Below, piece after piece: positions 8,886-17,610 of a stretch of DNA of 64,000 bases (position 1 is the stretch's first letter; each line of letters opens with the position of its first letter). The stretch covers positions 1,366 through 65,365 of the forward strand of contig AQSD01000004.1 of assembly GCA_000402755.1 (NCBI GenBank), written 5' to 3'. This stretch comes from Fidelibacterota bacterium SCGC AAA160-B08 (GTDB lineage: Bacteria > Fidelibacterota > Marinisomatia > Marinisomatales > Marinisomataceae). The notes beneath the pieces are model-generated. The model did not search any database, was not told where the DNA came from, and worked only from the letters and a program-made list of their open reading frames with translations. Made by a program: the position numbers and the translations under genes.

Positions 8886-10460
8886 TTGCCTGCATTGCCC
8901 GGTATTTATCAATTCAAAGATAAGACCGATAAGATTATCTATATTGGCAAAGCAAAAGACCTCAAAAAGAGAGTTAAATCGTACTTTCAAAAAAAGTCAT
9001 ATCGCTCGCCTAAAGATCAATCTTTAATCAATAGAATTATAGATTTTGAATGGATTATTTGTGAAGATGAAGCCGATGCATTTATTACTGAAGCAACACT
9101 AATTAAAAAATTTAAACCCAAGTATAATGTTCGATTAAAAGACGATAAATCTTTTCCTTATTTAAAGATTACAAATGAACAATTTCCTCAAATTGATATT
9201 ACGCGAAAAGTCAAAAATGATAAATCGCGTTATTTTGGACCATATACAGACGTAAAGTCAATGCGAAGATTGCTAGATGTATTATATCGAGCCTTTCCAA
9301 TACGTAATTGTTATATCGAACTAAAAGACGGGACAATCATTAAAAAAGGACTAGGGATTCAGACTGTATCCGAGTCAGATTATCAAAATATGATTGATGA
9401 TATGATTTTATTTTTAAAAGGAGAAACTAAGGCATTAGAAAAGAAACTGATGAAACAAATGGAATATTTTTCATCAAAGCTTATGTATGAAGATTCTGCT
9501 AGAGTAAGAGACCAAATCAAAGCAATCGGATCATTCAAAAGAGGTCAAAGAAAATTAGAAGCTGATTTTACTAATAGAGATGTTATTGGTATTGAAAGTA
9601 AAGACAATCATCATGTGGTAGTTATTCTACGTATTAGAGAGGGAAGAATATTAAGTAGAGAAAAGATTTCTGTAGATACTAACGATTCTATTGCTGAAAT
9701 ATTTCGCTCTATTATTATCAATTTCTATATGAATGCAGCGTATATACCGAATGATATTTATTTATTAGAATTTCCTACAGAACTAGATGAGCTAAAAGAG
9801 TGGCTATCCACAAAAAATAATCGCAAAGTAGAGTTTACAGTTCCTAAGAGAGGTGTAAAGCTCAAAGAATTAAAATTGGCTAATAGAAATGCAAAACTTC
9901 TATTAAATGAGTGGATGTTAAATTTAGCAAAACGAAAAGATTATATTCCGAAGCTATTAAGTGAGCTTCAAGATATTTTAGCTTTATCAAAGCCTCCTAG
10001 ACTTATTGAGGCGTTTGATATTTCTCATTTAGGTGGAACAGATACAGTAGCATCAATGGTAGTGTTTAAAGATGGAAGGCCATACAAGAGCGGATATAGG
10101 AAATATAATATTAGTGTTGACCAGATTGATGATTTTGAATCAATGAGAGAGGTCGTATTTCGTCGTTACAAAAGACAGCTTGATGAAGGAAACTCATTGC
10201 CTGACTTAATTCTTATCGATGGAGGAAAAGGGCAATTATCATCTGCAAAACTATCTTTAGATAAATTGAAGTTAGATCTTCCGATTGTAGCTTTAGCAAA
10301 GAGGCTAGAGGAATTATTTATTCCAGGTGAAGCAGAGTCGTTAAGAATTGCAAAAAGTTCTCCAGCATTAAATCTTTTAAAGCAATTAAGAGATGAGGCA
10401 CATCGATTTGCTATTACATTTCAAAGAAGTAAAAGAACGAAAAGGATGTTATCTAAATAA
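8886..10460 (+). CDS. uvrC: excinuclease ABC subunit C (no C-terminal HhH2 domain; true start probably upstream at a non-canonical codon)
   Basis: GIY-YIG motifs (PGIYQF...IIYIGKA), a UVR region (YEDSARVRDQI) and endonuclease-domain motifs FDISH, IDGGKGQ, RDEAHRFA. The frame stays open back to 8826 and encodes UvrC-like residues before the first TTG. Confidence 0.9.
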   Translation: MPALPGIYQFKDKTDKIIYIGKAKDLKKRVKSYFQKKSYRSPKDQSLINRIIDFEWIICEDEADAFITEATLIKKFKPKYNVRLKDDKSFPYLKITNEQFPQIDITRKVKNDKSRYFGPYTDVKSMRRLLDVLYRAFPIRNCYIELKDGTIIKKGLGIQTVSESDYQNMIDDMILFLKGETKALEKKLMKQMEYFSSKLMYEDSARVRDQIKAIGSFKRGQRKLEADFTNRDVIGIESKDNHHVVVILRIREGRILSREKISVDTNDSIAEIFRSIIINFYMNAAYIPNDIYLLEFPTELDELKEWLSTKNNRKVEFTVPKRGVKLKELKLANRNAKLLLNEWMLNLAKRKDYIPKLLSELQDILALSKPPRLIEAFDISHLGGTDTVASMVVFKDGRPYKSGYRKYNISVDQIDDFESMREVVFRRYKRQLDEGNSLPDLILIDGGKGQLSSAKLSLDKLKLDLPIVALAKRLEELFIPGEAESLRIAKSSPALNLLKQLRDEAHRFAITFQRSKRTKRMLSK

Positions 10461-11409
10461 GATCCTTTTCTTTCATCCAATCGTCTGAAAGAAACTTTCT
10501 CATATAATTTCGAATACTATCAGGTAGTATTATCAAGCAATTTTGCCCTTTTTTGAGCTCTTTTGCTGCCTCTAGGGCTGCAAACGTTGCAGAGCCGCAT
10601 GAACCTCCGATTAATAGACCTTCTTCGGTTATAAGTGTTCTTGCAGTGCTAAATGCTTCTTTGTCATTTACCTTTACAAATCTATCAACAACTGTTGGAT
10701 CGAATGTCTTTGGAAAGAAGTCATAGCCAATACCTTCAATATGATATGGAGATCCCTTGTATTCATCTTCACCACCTAGGATGGAACCGTAGGGGTCGGC
10801 ACCTATAATTTTAATATCTGGAATTGATTCTTTAAGACGTCTTCCAACGCCGGTAATAGTTCCACCAGTTCCTACGCCCATTACCACCATATGTAAATCA
10901 GTTCCAAAGTCATCTAATATTTCTTGAGAAGTATGATTGTAGTGAACATCTGGATTGCAAGGGTTTTCCCATTGGTCGAGAACATGACTATTTGGAATCT
11001 CTTTATTTAATTTTCTTGCTACACCAAAATTACTATCATCTTCATCGTGAGAAGCTTCTGTCCTCGTACGTATAATTTCTGCGCCTAAGGCTTTAATCGT
11101 TAATTCTTTCTCCATGCTCATTTTTTTTGGCATACATATAATCAATCGATATCCTTTAACCGCAGCAGCCAGTGCAAGTCCAATACCCGTATTACCTGAT
11201 GTTGCTTCAATTAAGGTGTCTCCAGGTTTAATCCTTCCAGATTTTTCAGCACAATCAATCATACAAAATGCAGTACGATCTTTCACAGACCCACCAGGAT
11301 TAAACATCTCAAGCTTTGCATAGAGATTACATTCTAGGTTTGAGCCAATAGAATTAAGCTTTACAACAGGAGTAGAGCCAATAGTTTCAAGAATATTGTT
11401 ATAAATCAT
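10453..11409 (-). CDS. PLP-dependent cysteine synthase / cystathionine beta-synthase family enzyme
   Basis: 318 aa with the PLP-lysine motif GGSVKDR, ATSGNTGIGLA, and a glycine loop GVGTGGTITG. MPKKMSMEKE..LGAEIIRT resembles CBS/CysK. There is no CBS-pair domain. Confidence 0.85.
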   Translation of the reverse strand: MIYNNILETIGSTPVVKLNSIGSNLECNLYAKLEMFNPGGSVKDRTAFCMIDCAEKSGRIKPGDTLIEATSGNTGIGLALAAAVKGYRLIICMPKKMSMEKELTIKALGAEIIRTRTEASHDEDDSNFGVARKLNKEIPNSHVLDQWENPCNPDVHYNHTSQEILDDFGTDLHMVVMGVGTGGTITGVGRRLKESIPDIKIIGADPYGSILGGEDEYKGSPYHIEGIGYDFFPKTFDPTVVDRFVKVNDKEAFSTARTLITEEGLLIGGSCGSATFAALEAAKELKKGQNCLIILPDSIRNYMRKFLSDDWMKEKDLI

Positions 11410-11590
11410 GGTTTAATATTAAAAAAAAAGAGAAGAAGAAGCCCCCTCTTTTTTAAAGAAAGTTAATTGTATGAATAAATCGTTAAAAAATTAGTCAAAA
11501 ATATTATCAAATTTATCTATTCCATTGTTAAATGGTTTGCATTTTATTAAACTCATTTCGTTATAAATTATAAAAAAAACTATAGGCTCC

Positions 11591-13024
11591 ATGAATTTTA
11601 AAAATATTTTATCAAAAACAAACGTACCTGCCGATTGGATTGGTATTAGATATGTCGAAGAAATACAAAATGTCCTATCAACAAAAAAATTATCCCTAGA
11701 TAACGTTCAAAGAAATGTCACTAAAGGAGTAATGATTGATGTGCTTGTAGACGGACAGTTTTCATATTACGCAACTCCATTCCTTGACGAATCTCATATA
11801 TTGGAATGCATAAAGATTGCATATAATAACGCAAAGCTAGCTTCAAAGTACTCTGTATTTAAATTTGATCAATCTACAGTGCGACAAGGTTTTACCGGAG
11901 AGTATAATACTAAGCTAGAAACTCCTTTAAGCGACTTGTCTGTTACCGACATTCAAGATATCGCATTATTAGGCTCTAAAACTTTAATGAATCACGATAA
12001 AATTGTTCATGCAGCTACAACAATTGAACTGGTAGAAAGAACAACAGATATTGTGAGTACATCAGGTGCAGATATACATCAAAAAATGGATATTGTATTA
12101 GTTGAATTATCTTCAACTGCCCAAAATAAATATGACTCTCAAACTAGAAGTAATCATGGTATGAGAGGGCACTGCTTCCAAGCAGGTGCAGAATTCTTAA
12201 AAGATTATAACATAGAAGATGAAGCTAATCAAATTTCAATCCAAGCATTAGAGCTATTAAATGCTGAACAATGTCCTACAGAAATGATGGATTTAGTACT
12301 AGCTCCAGATCAGATGATGTTACAAATCCATGAAAGTGTTGGGCATCCACTTGAACTTGATAGAATCTTAGGAGATGAAAGAAATTTTGCAGGTTCAAGT
12401 TTTGTTAACCTCGATGATTTTGGTTCTTTGCAATATGGTTCAGAGCTGATGAATATTGTTTTCGATCCGACCATCCATAATCAACTGGCTACTTATAGCT
12501 TTGATGATGGAGGAATGCCTGCAGAAAAAGAGCATTTAATTAAAGATGGCGTTTTGGTCAGAGGACTTGGGGGAATTGAAAGTCAAATTCGATCAGGTGT
12601 AAACGGTGTTTCAAATTTAAGAGCATCTTCATGGAATAGAATTCCGATAGATCGAATGGCTAATATTAACCTCGAGGTAGGGCAGTCAACAAGAGATGAA
12701 ATCATTGGTAGTGTCGAAAGAGGTGTATATATGGAGAGTAATCGTTCGTGGTCGATTGACGATTATAGAAACAAGTTTCAATTTGGTTGCGAATATGGAC
12801 GTCTTATCGAAGACGGTGTATTAACTAGAGTGGTTAAAAATCCAAATTATAGAGGTATTACTAATCCATTTTGGAGAAGTCTATCTATGGTGGGTGATTT
12901 AGACACATTTGAAGTTTTTGGTACGCCTAATTGCGGTAAAGGAGAGCCAAATCAAGTAGAAAGAGTTGGACATGCATCTCCTTTATGCAAGTTTGATAAA
13001 ACACAAGTTTTTGGAGGAGTATAA
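11591..13024 (+). CDS. tldD: TldD-family metalloprotease
   Basis: 477 aa with the HESVGHPLELDR zinc motif and the C-terminal G.P.CGKG pattern typical of TldD. Directly followed by a PmbA/TldE paralog. Confidence 0.85.
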   Translation: MNFKNILSKTNVPADWIGIRYVEEIQNVLSTKKLSLDNVQRNVTKGVMIDVLVDGQFSYYATPFLDESHILECIKIAYNNAKLASKYSVFKFDQSTVRQGFTGEYNTKLETPLSDLSVTDIQDIALLGSKTLMNHDKIVHAATTIELVERTTDIVSTSGADIHQKMDIVLVELSSTAQNKYDSQTRSNHGMRGHCFQAGAEFLKDYNIEDEANQISIQALELLNAEQCPTEMMDLVLAPDQMMLQIHESVGHPLELDRILGDERNFAGSSFVNLDDFGSLQYGSELMNIVFDPTIHNQLATYSFDDGGMPAEKEHLIKDGVLVRGLGGIESQIRSGVNGVSNLRASSWNRIPIDRMANINLEVGQSTRDEIIGSVERGVYMESNRSWSIDDYRNKFQFGCEYGRLIEDGVLTRVVKNPNYRGITNPFWRSLSMVGDLDTFEVFGTPNCGKGEPNQVERVGHASPLCKFDKTQVFGGV

Positions 13025-14365
13025 ATGAAAAATGAGATATATAATTCAATATGTTCTCAGGTTTACGCTACTTTAAAAGAAGGCGAAAGCTTAACAATCT
13101 ATATGGAAGGTGAAAATTCCCAATATTTTAGATTCAACGATTCAAAAATCCGTCAAACTGGGATTATCGAAGATTATAAAGTAACACTTTCATTATATCA
13201 TGGAAAAAAATCACTTCAAGCAACAACAACAATTTCTTCTGATATAAATTATTCTGTTGAAAACCTAATATCAGAAATTAATTCATTACGAGATCCATTG
13301 TCGTTGATACCTGACAATAATTTTACAGTATTCCCTACAAAATTTGATTCACTAGAAATGTATCGAAAAGGGAAACTTCCTAATAGGGAAGAAATATTAG
13401 ATAGTTTAATGGACGTTATCGATAAAGATAACTTAACTGGAGTATGGACTTCAGGTAAAATTTTTAGAGCCTCATCTACTTCTGAAGGCGTAAGTCACTG
13501 GTTTGAGAAAGATTCATTTATTTTTGATTTCTCCCTGATTGATGCAAAAGAAAATATGGTAAAAATCTTATACCCGGGCTCAGATTGGAATAAAGATAAA
13601 TTTACTGCAGTATTTAATGATGCATCTGACAAGCTTAAGCTAATGGATAAGTCGAAGATAGAGTTGAAGCCTGGTAAATATAGGGTTTGGTTTGAACCTC
13701 ACGCTGTGGCAGACTTTGTTGATATGTTAAATTGGAATGGAGTCAGTGAATCTTCATTAAGAAATGGATCAAGCTCTTTATTGAAAATGAGAAATGATAA
13801 TGTGAAACTATCAGAGATGTTTTCTCTTGATGAATCATTTGATAGAAAATCTACATCTCCTTTTAATTCTCGCGCTGAGGTATCAGGTAATGTTAGTATT
13901 ATTAAGAACGGAGAATTGAAAAATACATTAATTAATTCTAAAACTGCGCTTGAATATGGGTTGGATTCAAATTATGCTGAAGATACAAATTCATGGGGCA
14001 TGGGAGAGTACTTAAGAGCTCCATTAATGCATGGAGGTAATATTAAGCTCAATGAAAGACTTAAAAGGTTGGGTACAGGTATATTTATTTCAAATATCCA
14101 CTATCTTAATTGGAGCGATAATCTTGGAGGTCGAATTACAGGCTTAACTAGATATGCCTGCTATTGGGTTGAAGATGGAAAAATGATAGCTCCAATCAAA
14201 ACAATGCGATTTGACGATTCTTTTTATAATTTTTTTGGTAGCAATTTAGAGGGTGTTGGCGAAGAGGTACTGTCTAGACCTGTAATTGAGACTTATGATG
14301 GGAGAAATCCAGGAGAAACTACCTGTCCAGGAATATTAGTTAATGATTTTGAATTAACTCTCTAA
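13025..14365 (+). CDS. PmbA/TldE-family protein (TldD partner)
   Basis: 446 aa, adjacent (TAAATG) to tldD. It has the same fold-family pattern but lacks the HExxxH motif, as expected for TldE. Confidence 0.75.
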   Translation: MKNEIYNSICSQVYATLKEGESLTIYMEGENSQYFRFNDSKIRQTGIIEDYKVTLSLYHGKKSLQATTTISSDINYSVENLISEINSLRDPLSLIPDNNFTVFPTKFDSLEMYRKGKLPNREEILDSLMDVIDKDNLTGVWTSGKIFRASSTSEGVSHWFEKDSFIFDFSLIDAKENMVKILYPGSDWNKDKFTAVFNDASDKLKLMDKSKIELKPGKYRVWFEPHAVADFVDMLNWNGVSESSLRNGSSSLLKMRNDNVKLSEMFSLDESFDRKSTSPFNSRAEVSGNVSIIKNGELKNTLINSKTALEYGLDSNYAEDTNSWGMGEYLRAPLMHGGNIKLNERLKRLGTGIFISNIHYLNWSDNLGGRITGLTRYACYWVEDGKMIAPIKTMRFDDSFYNFFGSNLEGVGEEVLSRPVIETYDGRNPGETTCPGILVNDFELTL

Positions 14366-14403
14366 ATATTTATATTGGCACGTTCAACTTTTTAAAAAAG
14401 TTT

Positions 14404-14477
14404 GGCGTCGTACCCAAGTGGTCTAAGGGATCGGTTTGCAAAACCGCTATTCGTCGGTTCGAATCCGACCGACGCCT
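14404..14477 (+). tRNA. tRNA-Cys (anticodon GCA)
   Basis: Acceptor GGCGTCG/CGACGCC, anticodon loop TTGCAAA, T-loop GGTTCGAATCC and discriminator U, the known Cys identity element. Confidence 0.9.
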
Positions 14478-14492
14478 CTTAAAAACTTTGTT

Positions 14493-14581
14493 GCCCGGGT
14501 GGTGAAATTGGTAGACACAAGGGACTTAAAATCCCTCGGAGATTAAACTCCGTGCCGGTTCGAGTCCGGCCCCGGGCACCA
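14493..14581 (+). tRNA. tRNA-Leu (anticodon TAA), class II, CCA encoded
   Basis: Acceptor GCCCGGG/CCCGGGC, anticodon stem AGGGA/TCCCT, loop CTTAAAA, long variable arm, T-loop GGTTCGAGTCC, 3' ACCA. It lies 15 nt after tRNA-Cys. Confidence 0.9.
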
Positions 14582-14602
14582 CTACTTCATGGAAACTTAC
14601 AT

Positions 14603-15355
14603 ATGACTCATTTTATCTTTTTTCACGGGATTGGTATCAGATCTCCATTTTGGAACAGTATTGTTCCGAAGCTAGAAGAGAAATCTCTTAATTATTCATT
14701 GATTGATTTAGATTTTTCTTCTCTTGATAATGCCTTCAAATCATCTAGAGCTTCCGTTAAAGGTATTATTAAAAAATATCCGGACAGAGATATTGTTATT
14801 ATTGGACATAGTTTGGGAGGTTTATTCGCAACCTACGTAGCTCAGTCTCTGGGTGATGATATACATAAATTAATCCTTATTGCGAGTGGGGTAGCACCTC
14901 CTAAAAAAAACTCTGCTAAGACTATTCCGCAAAAACAAATTAATGCTCTATATAAAGTCATTAAGAGGTTTGGAATGCAAATTATGTTTAAAGGTTATTT
15001 ACCCGACTGGTTAGCGCAATCAATGTTTTTTACGAAAAACACCCCAAAAGAGGTTCAAAGAGAGGTTTGGAAGAATGCTGTAAGGGAGAAACAAAGTTTC
15101 TTAATGGAGTCTTTTAAATCAAAAACAACATGGAATGATTATTTCAAAAGAGTGCATTTTAGCGGACCAGATAATGTTCTAGTTATCATTTGCGACAAAG
15201 ATAAATTGATTCCAAAACATGCATCTATTTATTTAAAAGATCACTTGAATGGATCTTATAAGGTGTATGAAGGTTGCGGGCATAACGATGTAGTAACATC
15301 AGAAAAGTTTAATAAAAAATTAGTAGATGATATAGTTCTATTTTCTTCTATATGA
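14603..15355 (+). CDS. alpha/beta-fold hydrolase
   Basis: Nucleophile elbow GHSLGG, N-terminal FFHGIG oxyanion region and C-terminal GCGHND His motif. The track ORF start (14552) reads through the tRNA, so the first in-frame ATG after the tRNA was chosen. Confidence 0.75.
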   Translation: MTHFIFFHGIGIRSPFWNSIVPKLEEKSLNYSLIDLDFSSLDNAFKSSRASVKGIIKKYPDRDIVIIGHSLGGLFATYVAQSLGDDIHKLILIASGVAPPKKNSAKTIPQKQINALYKVIKRFGMQIMFKGYLPDWLAQSMFFTKNTPKEVQREVWKNAVREKQSFLMESFKSKTTWNDYFKRVHFSGPDNVLVIICDKDKLIPKHASIYLKDHLNGSYKVYEGCGHNDVVTSEKFNKKLVDDIVLFSSI

Positions 15356-15438
15356 TAAGATATAGCTATATACTAAACTATCACTTTAACTTCAATTAAC
15401 TCTTGAATTGAGGTATTATAATCGGTAATATTAATTAA

Positions 15439-15849
15439 ATGAGACCATTTCACCTAGCTTTTCCAGTTACTGATTTAGACGCCACACGATCCTTCTATGT
15501 AGATATTTTACAATGCAATGTTGGCAGATCTTCTGACAAATGGATTGACTTTAACATGTTTGGTCATCAGGTAGTAGCTCATCTAGTGGATGCAAATGAT
15601 CACCCATCAACAAATAGTGTAGATGGAGATGATGTACCTGCGAGTCACTTTGGGGTTATTTTGACTATGGATCAATGGAATCAATTACGCGACCATTTAA
15701 ACAATTTTAACATTACATTTATTATTAAGCCAAAAATTCGTTTTAAAGGCGAGCCGGGAGAACAGGCTACTATGTTTTTTCTTGATCCTTCTGGGAATGC
15801 GCTTGAGTTTAAAGCTTTTAAGGATGACAAACAGATTTTTGCGACTTAA
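15439..15849 (+). CDS. VOC (glyoxalase/bleomycin-resistance/dioxygenase) family protein
   Basis: 136 aa. N-terminal HLAFPVTDLDATRSFY and C-terminal FFLDPSGNALEFK are typical paired beta-alpha-beta-beta-beta VOC modules. Confidence 0.7.
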   Translation: MRPFHLAFPVTDLDATRSFYVDILQCNVGRSSDKWIDFNMFGHQVVAHLVDANDHPSTNSVDGDDVPASHFGVILTMDQWNQLRDHLNNFNITFIIKPKIRFKGEPGEQATMFFLDPSGNALEFKAFKDDKQIFAT

Positions 15850-15863
15850 CTTATGGTACCAAT

Positions 15864-16556
15864 ATGCATATAGAACATTTTACTCCTGAGATTTTTGGAA
15901 CCTTCTGGTTGAGAGGAATCTTGTTCGTTATTTTCTTTATCTCAGCACTCTTTCTTATAGGAAAAAATAGTAGTAAAAAAACACAACTTTATATGCTCTA
16001 TGGAATGGGAATATATCAATTAGTATCCTCTATAGGATTAGACTTGGGTCGTATTGCAAATGGCACGTTTCTTTTATCTTCTCATTTACCACTCCAGATG
16101 TGTGGAATCACAGCTTATCTGTCTGGTATTATAGTATTTTATCGAAAACAATTTATTTTTGAGTTTTTATATTTTTGGGGGCTTGCAGGATTTATACATT
16201 CCGTTTTAACTCCAGAAATGACAACCGAAGTAAATACTTTTACTATTATTAACTACTATATTAGTCATGCATTAATTTTTGTTGTACCAGCGTGGTTGAT
16301 GTTAATGATGGATATGAGATTAAAAGTAGGTTCTTGGTGGACTAACTTTCTGTATACCCAACCAATACTTATTTTTATAATGATCGTTAATTGGTTGGTG
16401 GGTGGAAATTATATGTATTTAGCAGAAGCTCCATTGGCTGAAAATCCATTAATATTCACGAGGGTATGGCCATGGTATATTTTGACATTTGAGTTCTTAG
16501 TGATTCCTCATTTTCTTCTATTCTACTATTTTGGAAAAAAAAGTTCTGCCAATTAA
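15864..16556 (+). CDS. polytopic integral membrane protein (YwaF/TIGR02206-like, tentative)
   Basis: 230 aa with about 7 hydrophobic segments. The family assignment is from memory of general pattern only. Confidence 0.5.
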   Translation: MHIEHFTPEIFGTFWLRGILFVIFFISALFLIGKNSSKKTQLYMLYGMGIYQLVSSIGLDLGRIANGTFLLSSHLPLQMCGITAYLSGIIVFYRKQFIFEFLYFWGLAGFIHSVLTPEMTTEVNTFTIINYYISHALIFVVPAWLMLMMDMRLKVGSWWTNFLYTQPILIFIMIVNWLVGGNYMYLAEAPLAENPLIFTRVWPWYILTFEFLVIPHFLLFYYFGKKSSAN

Positions 16557-16559
16557 AGT

Positions 16560-17567
16560 ATGAAATTATTAATCATCTATTTTTGTTTGGCAATAGTTCT
16601 GTCATTTATCTGTTCTTTGCTGGAAGCCATATTGCTTTCAACGCCTAATTCATACGCATCTATTCTTGCAAAACAAGATTATAAGGCTGGAGTAAGATTG
16701 GAAGAGTATAAGGAGAATATCAACAGACCATTAGCAGCCATTTTAACCTTAAATACTTTTTCTCACACAATAGGAGCAGCAGGTGTTGGTGCACAAGTCT
16801 TTCATTTGTTTGGGGAAGCTTATGTTGCAATAGCATCAGGGATATTAACTTTCTTGATTCTAGTTTTTTCTGAAATTATTCCTAAGACATTAGGCAGTAC
16901 TTATTGGAGAGATTTAATTGGAAGGGCAACACTCATAATTCAATTTTTAATTGTTTTCACATATCCATTTGTTCTATTAGCTGAGTTCATATCAAATTTT
17001 GGATCAGATGAAAAATCTGTAACAAGAGAAGAAGTGATTGCTATGGCAGAAATGGCTGAAGATGAAGGAGTTTTTGAAGAACAAGAAACAGATTTAATTG
17101 AAAACACCTTACGCTTAAAAGATGTCAAAGTAAACGATGTCATGACTCCTAGAACAGTTGTATTTGCCTTAAATAAGGACATGACGGTCGGACAAGTACT
17201 CGATGAGCACAAGATATTAGATTTCACTAGAATACCGATTTTTGATACGGATTTGGACCATATAGTAGGTACAGTGAATCGATATGATATCGTCAATCGT
17301 CAAGCAGATGATCAATTCAGCACAAGAATGTCTGAAATATCAAAAGAAGTTCCATCAGTAAATGAAAATGACCCAGTAGATGAGGTGTTACGATTGTTTA
17401 TTCAAAAGAGATATCATTTAGCCTTAGTTGTTAATAATAACAACACCCTTACAGGTTTAGTTACTCTTGAAGATGCTATCGAAACATTGCTAGGCGAAGA
17501 AATCGTGGACGAGCATGATTCAGTAGTGGATATGAGAGATTTAGCTAAATCACAGAATAATAATTAA
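16560..17567 (+). CDS. CNNM/DUF21 transmembrane domain + CBS-pair protein (CorB/HlyC-like Mg/Co transporter family)
   Basis: 335 aa. N-terminal DUF21 pattern (LLSAILLS..., FSEIIPKT), then two CBS motifs (VMTPR..., ...GLVTLEDAIE.LLGEEI.DE). No C-terminal CorC_HlyC domain. Confidence 0.8.
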   Translation: MKLLIIYFCLAIVLSFICSLLEAILLSTPNSYASILAKQDYKAGVRLEEYKENINRPLAAILTLNTFSHTIGAAGVGAQVFHLFGEAYVAIASGILTFLILVFSEIIPKTLGSTYWRDLIGRATLIIQFLIVFTYPFVLLAEFISNFGSDEKSVTREEVIAMAEMAEDEGVFEEQETDLIENTLRLKDVKVNDVMTPRTVVFALNKDMTVGQVLDEHKILDFTRIPIFDTDLDHIVGTVNRYDIVNRQADDQFSTRMSEISKEVPSVNENDPVDEVLRLFIQKRYHLALVVNNNNTLTGLVTLEDAIETLLGEEIVDEHDSVVDMRDLAKSQNNN

Positions 17568-17610
17568 TTATTTGAGTTTTTGATTTAGTACGTTAACTTC
17601 TTCACCAGTT

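Noticed and set aside
11410-11590. A hairpin in the largest intergenic region: AAAAAAGAG (11424-11432) / CTCTTTTTT (11446-11454) with a 13-nt loop. It lies in the putative 5' leader of the CysK-like gene and is followed by a U-run on that strand. I considered an attenuator, a riboswitch terminator, or a small RiPP precursor upstream of tldD/tldE.
   Set aside because: The stem has only two G-C pairs and is otherwise an A-run/T-run pairing expected by chance in AT-rich DNA. No conserved riboswitch core is recognisable, and the only small ORF (11472, 7 codons) is implausible as a precursor.
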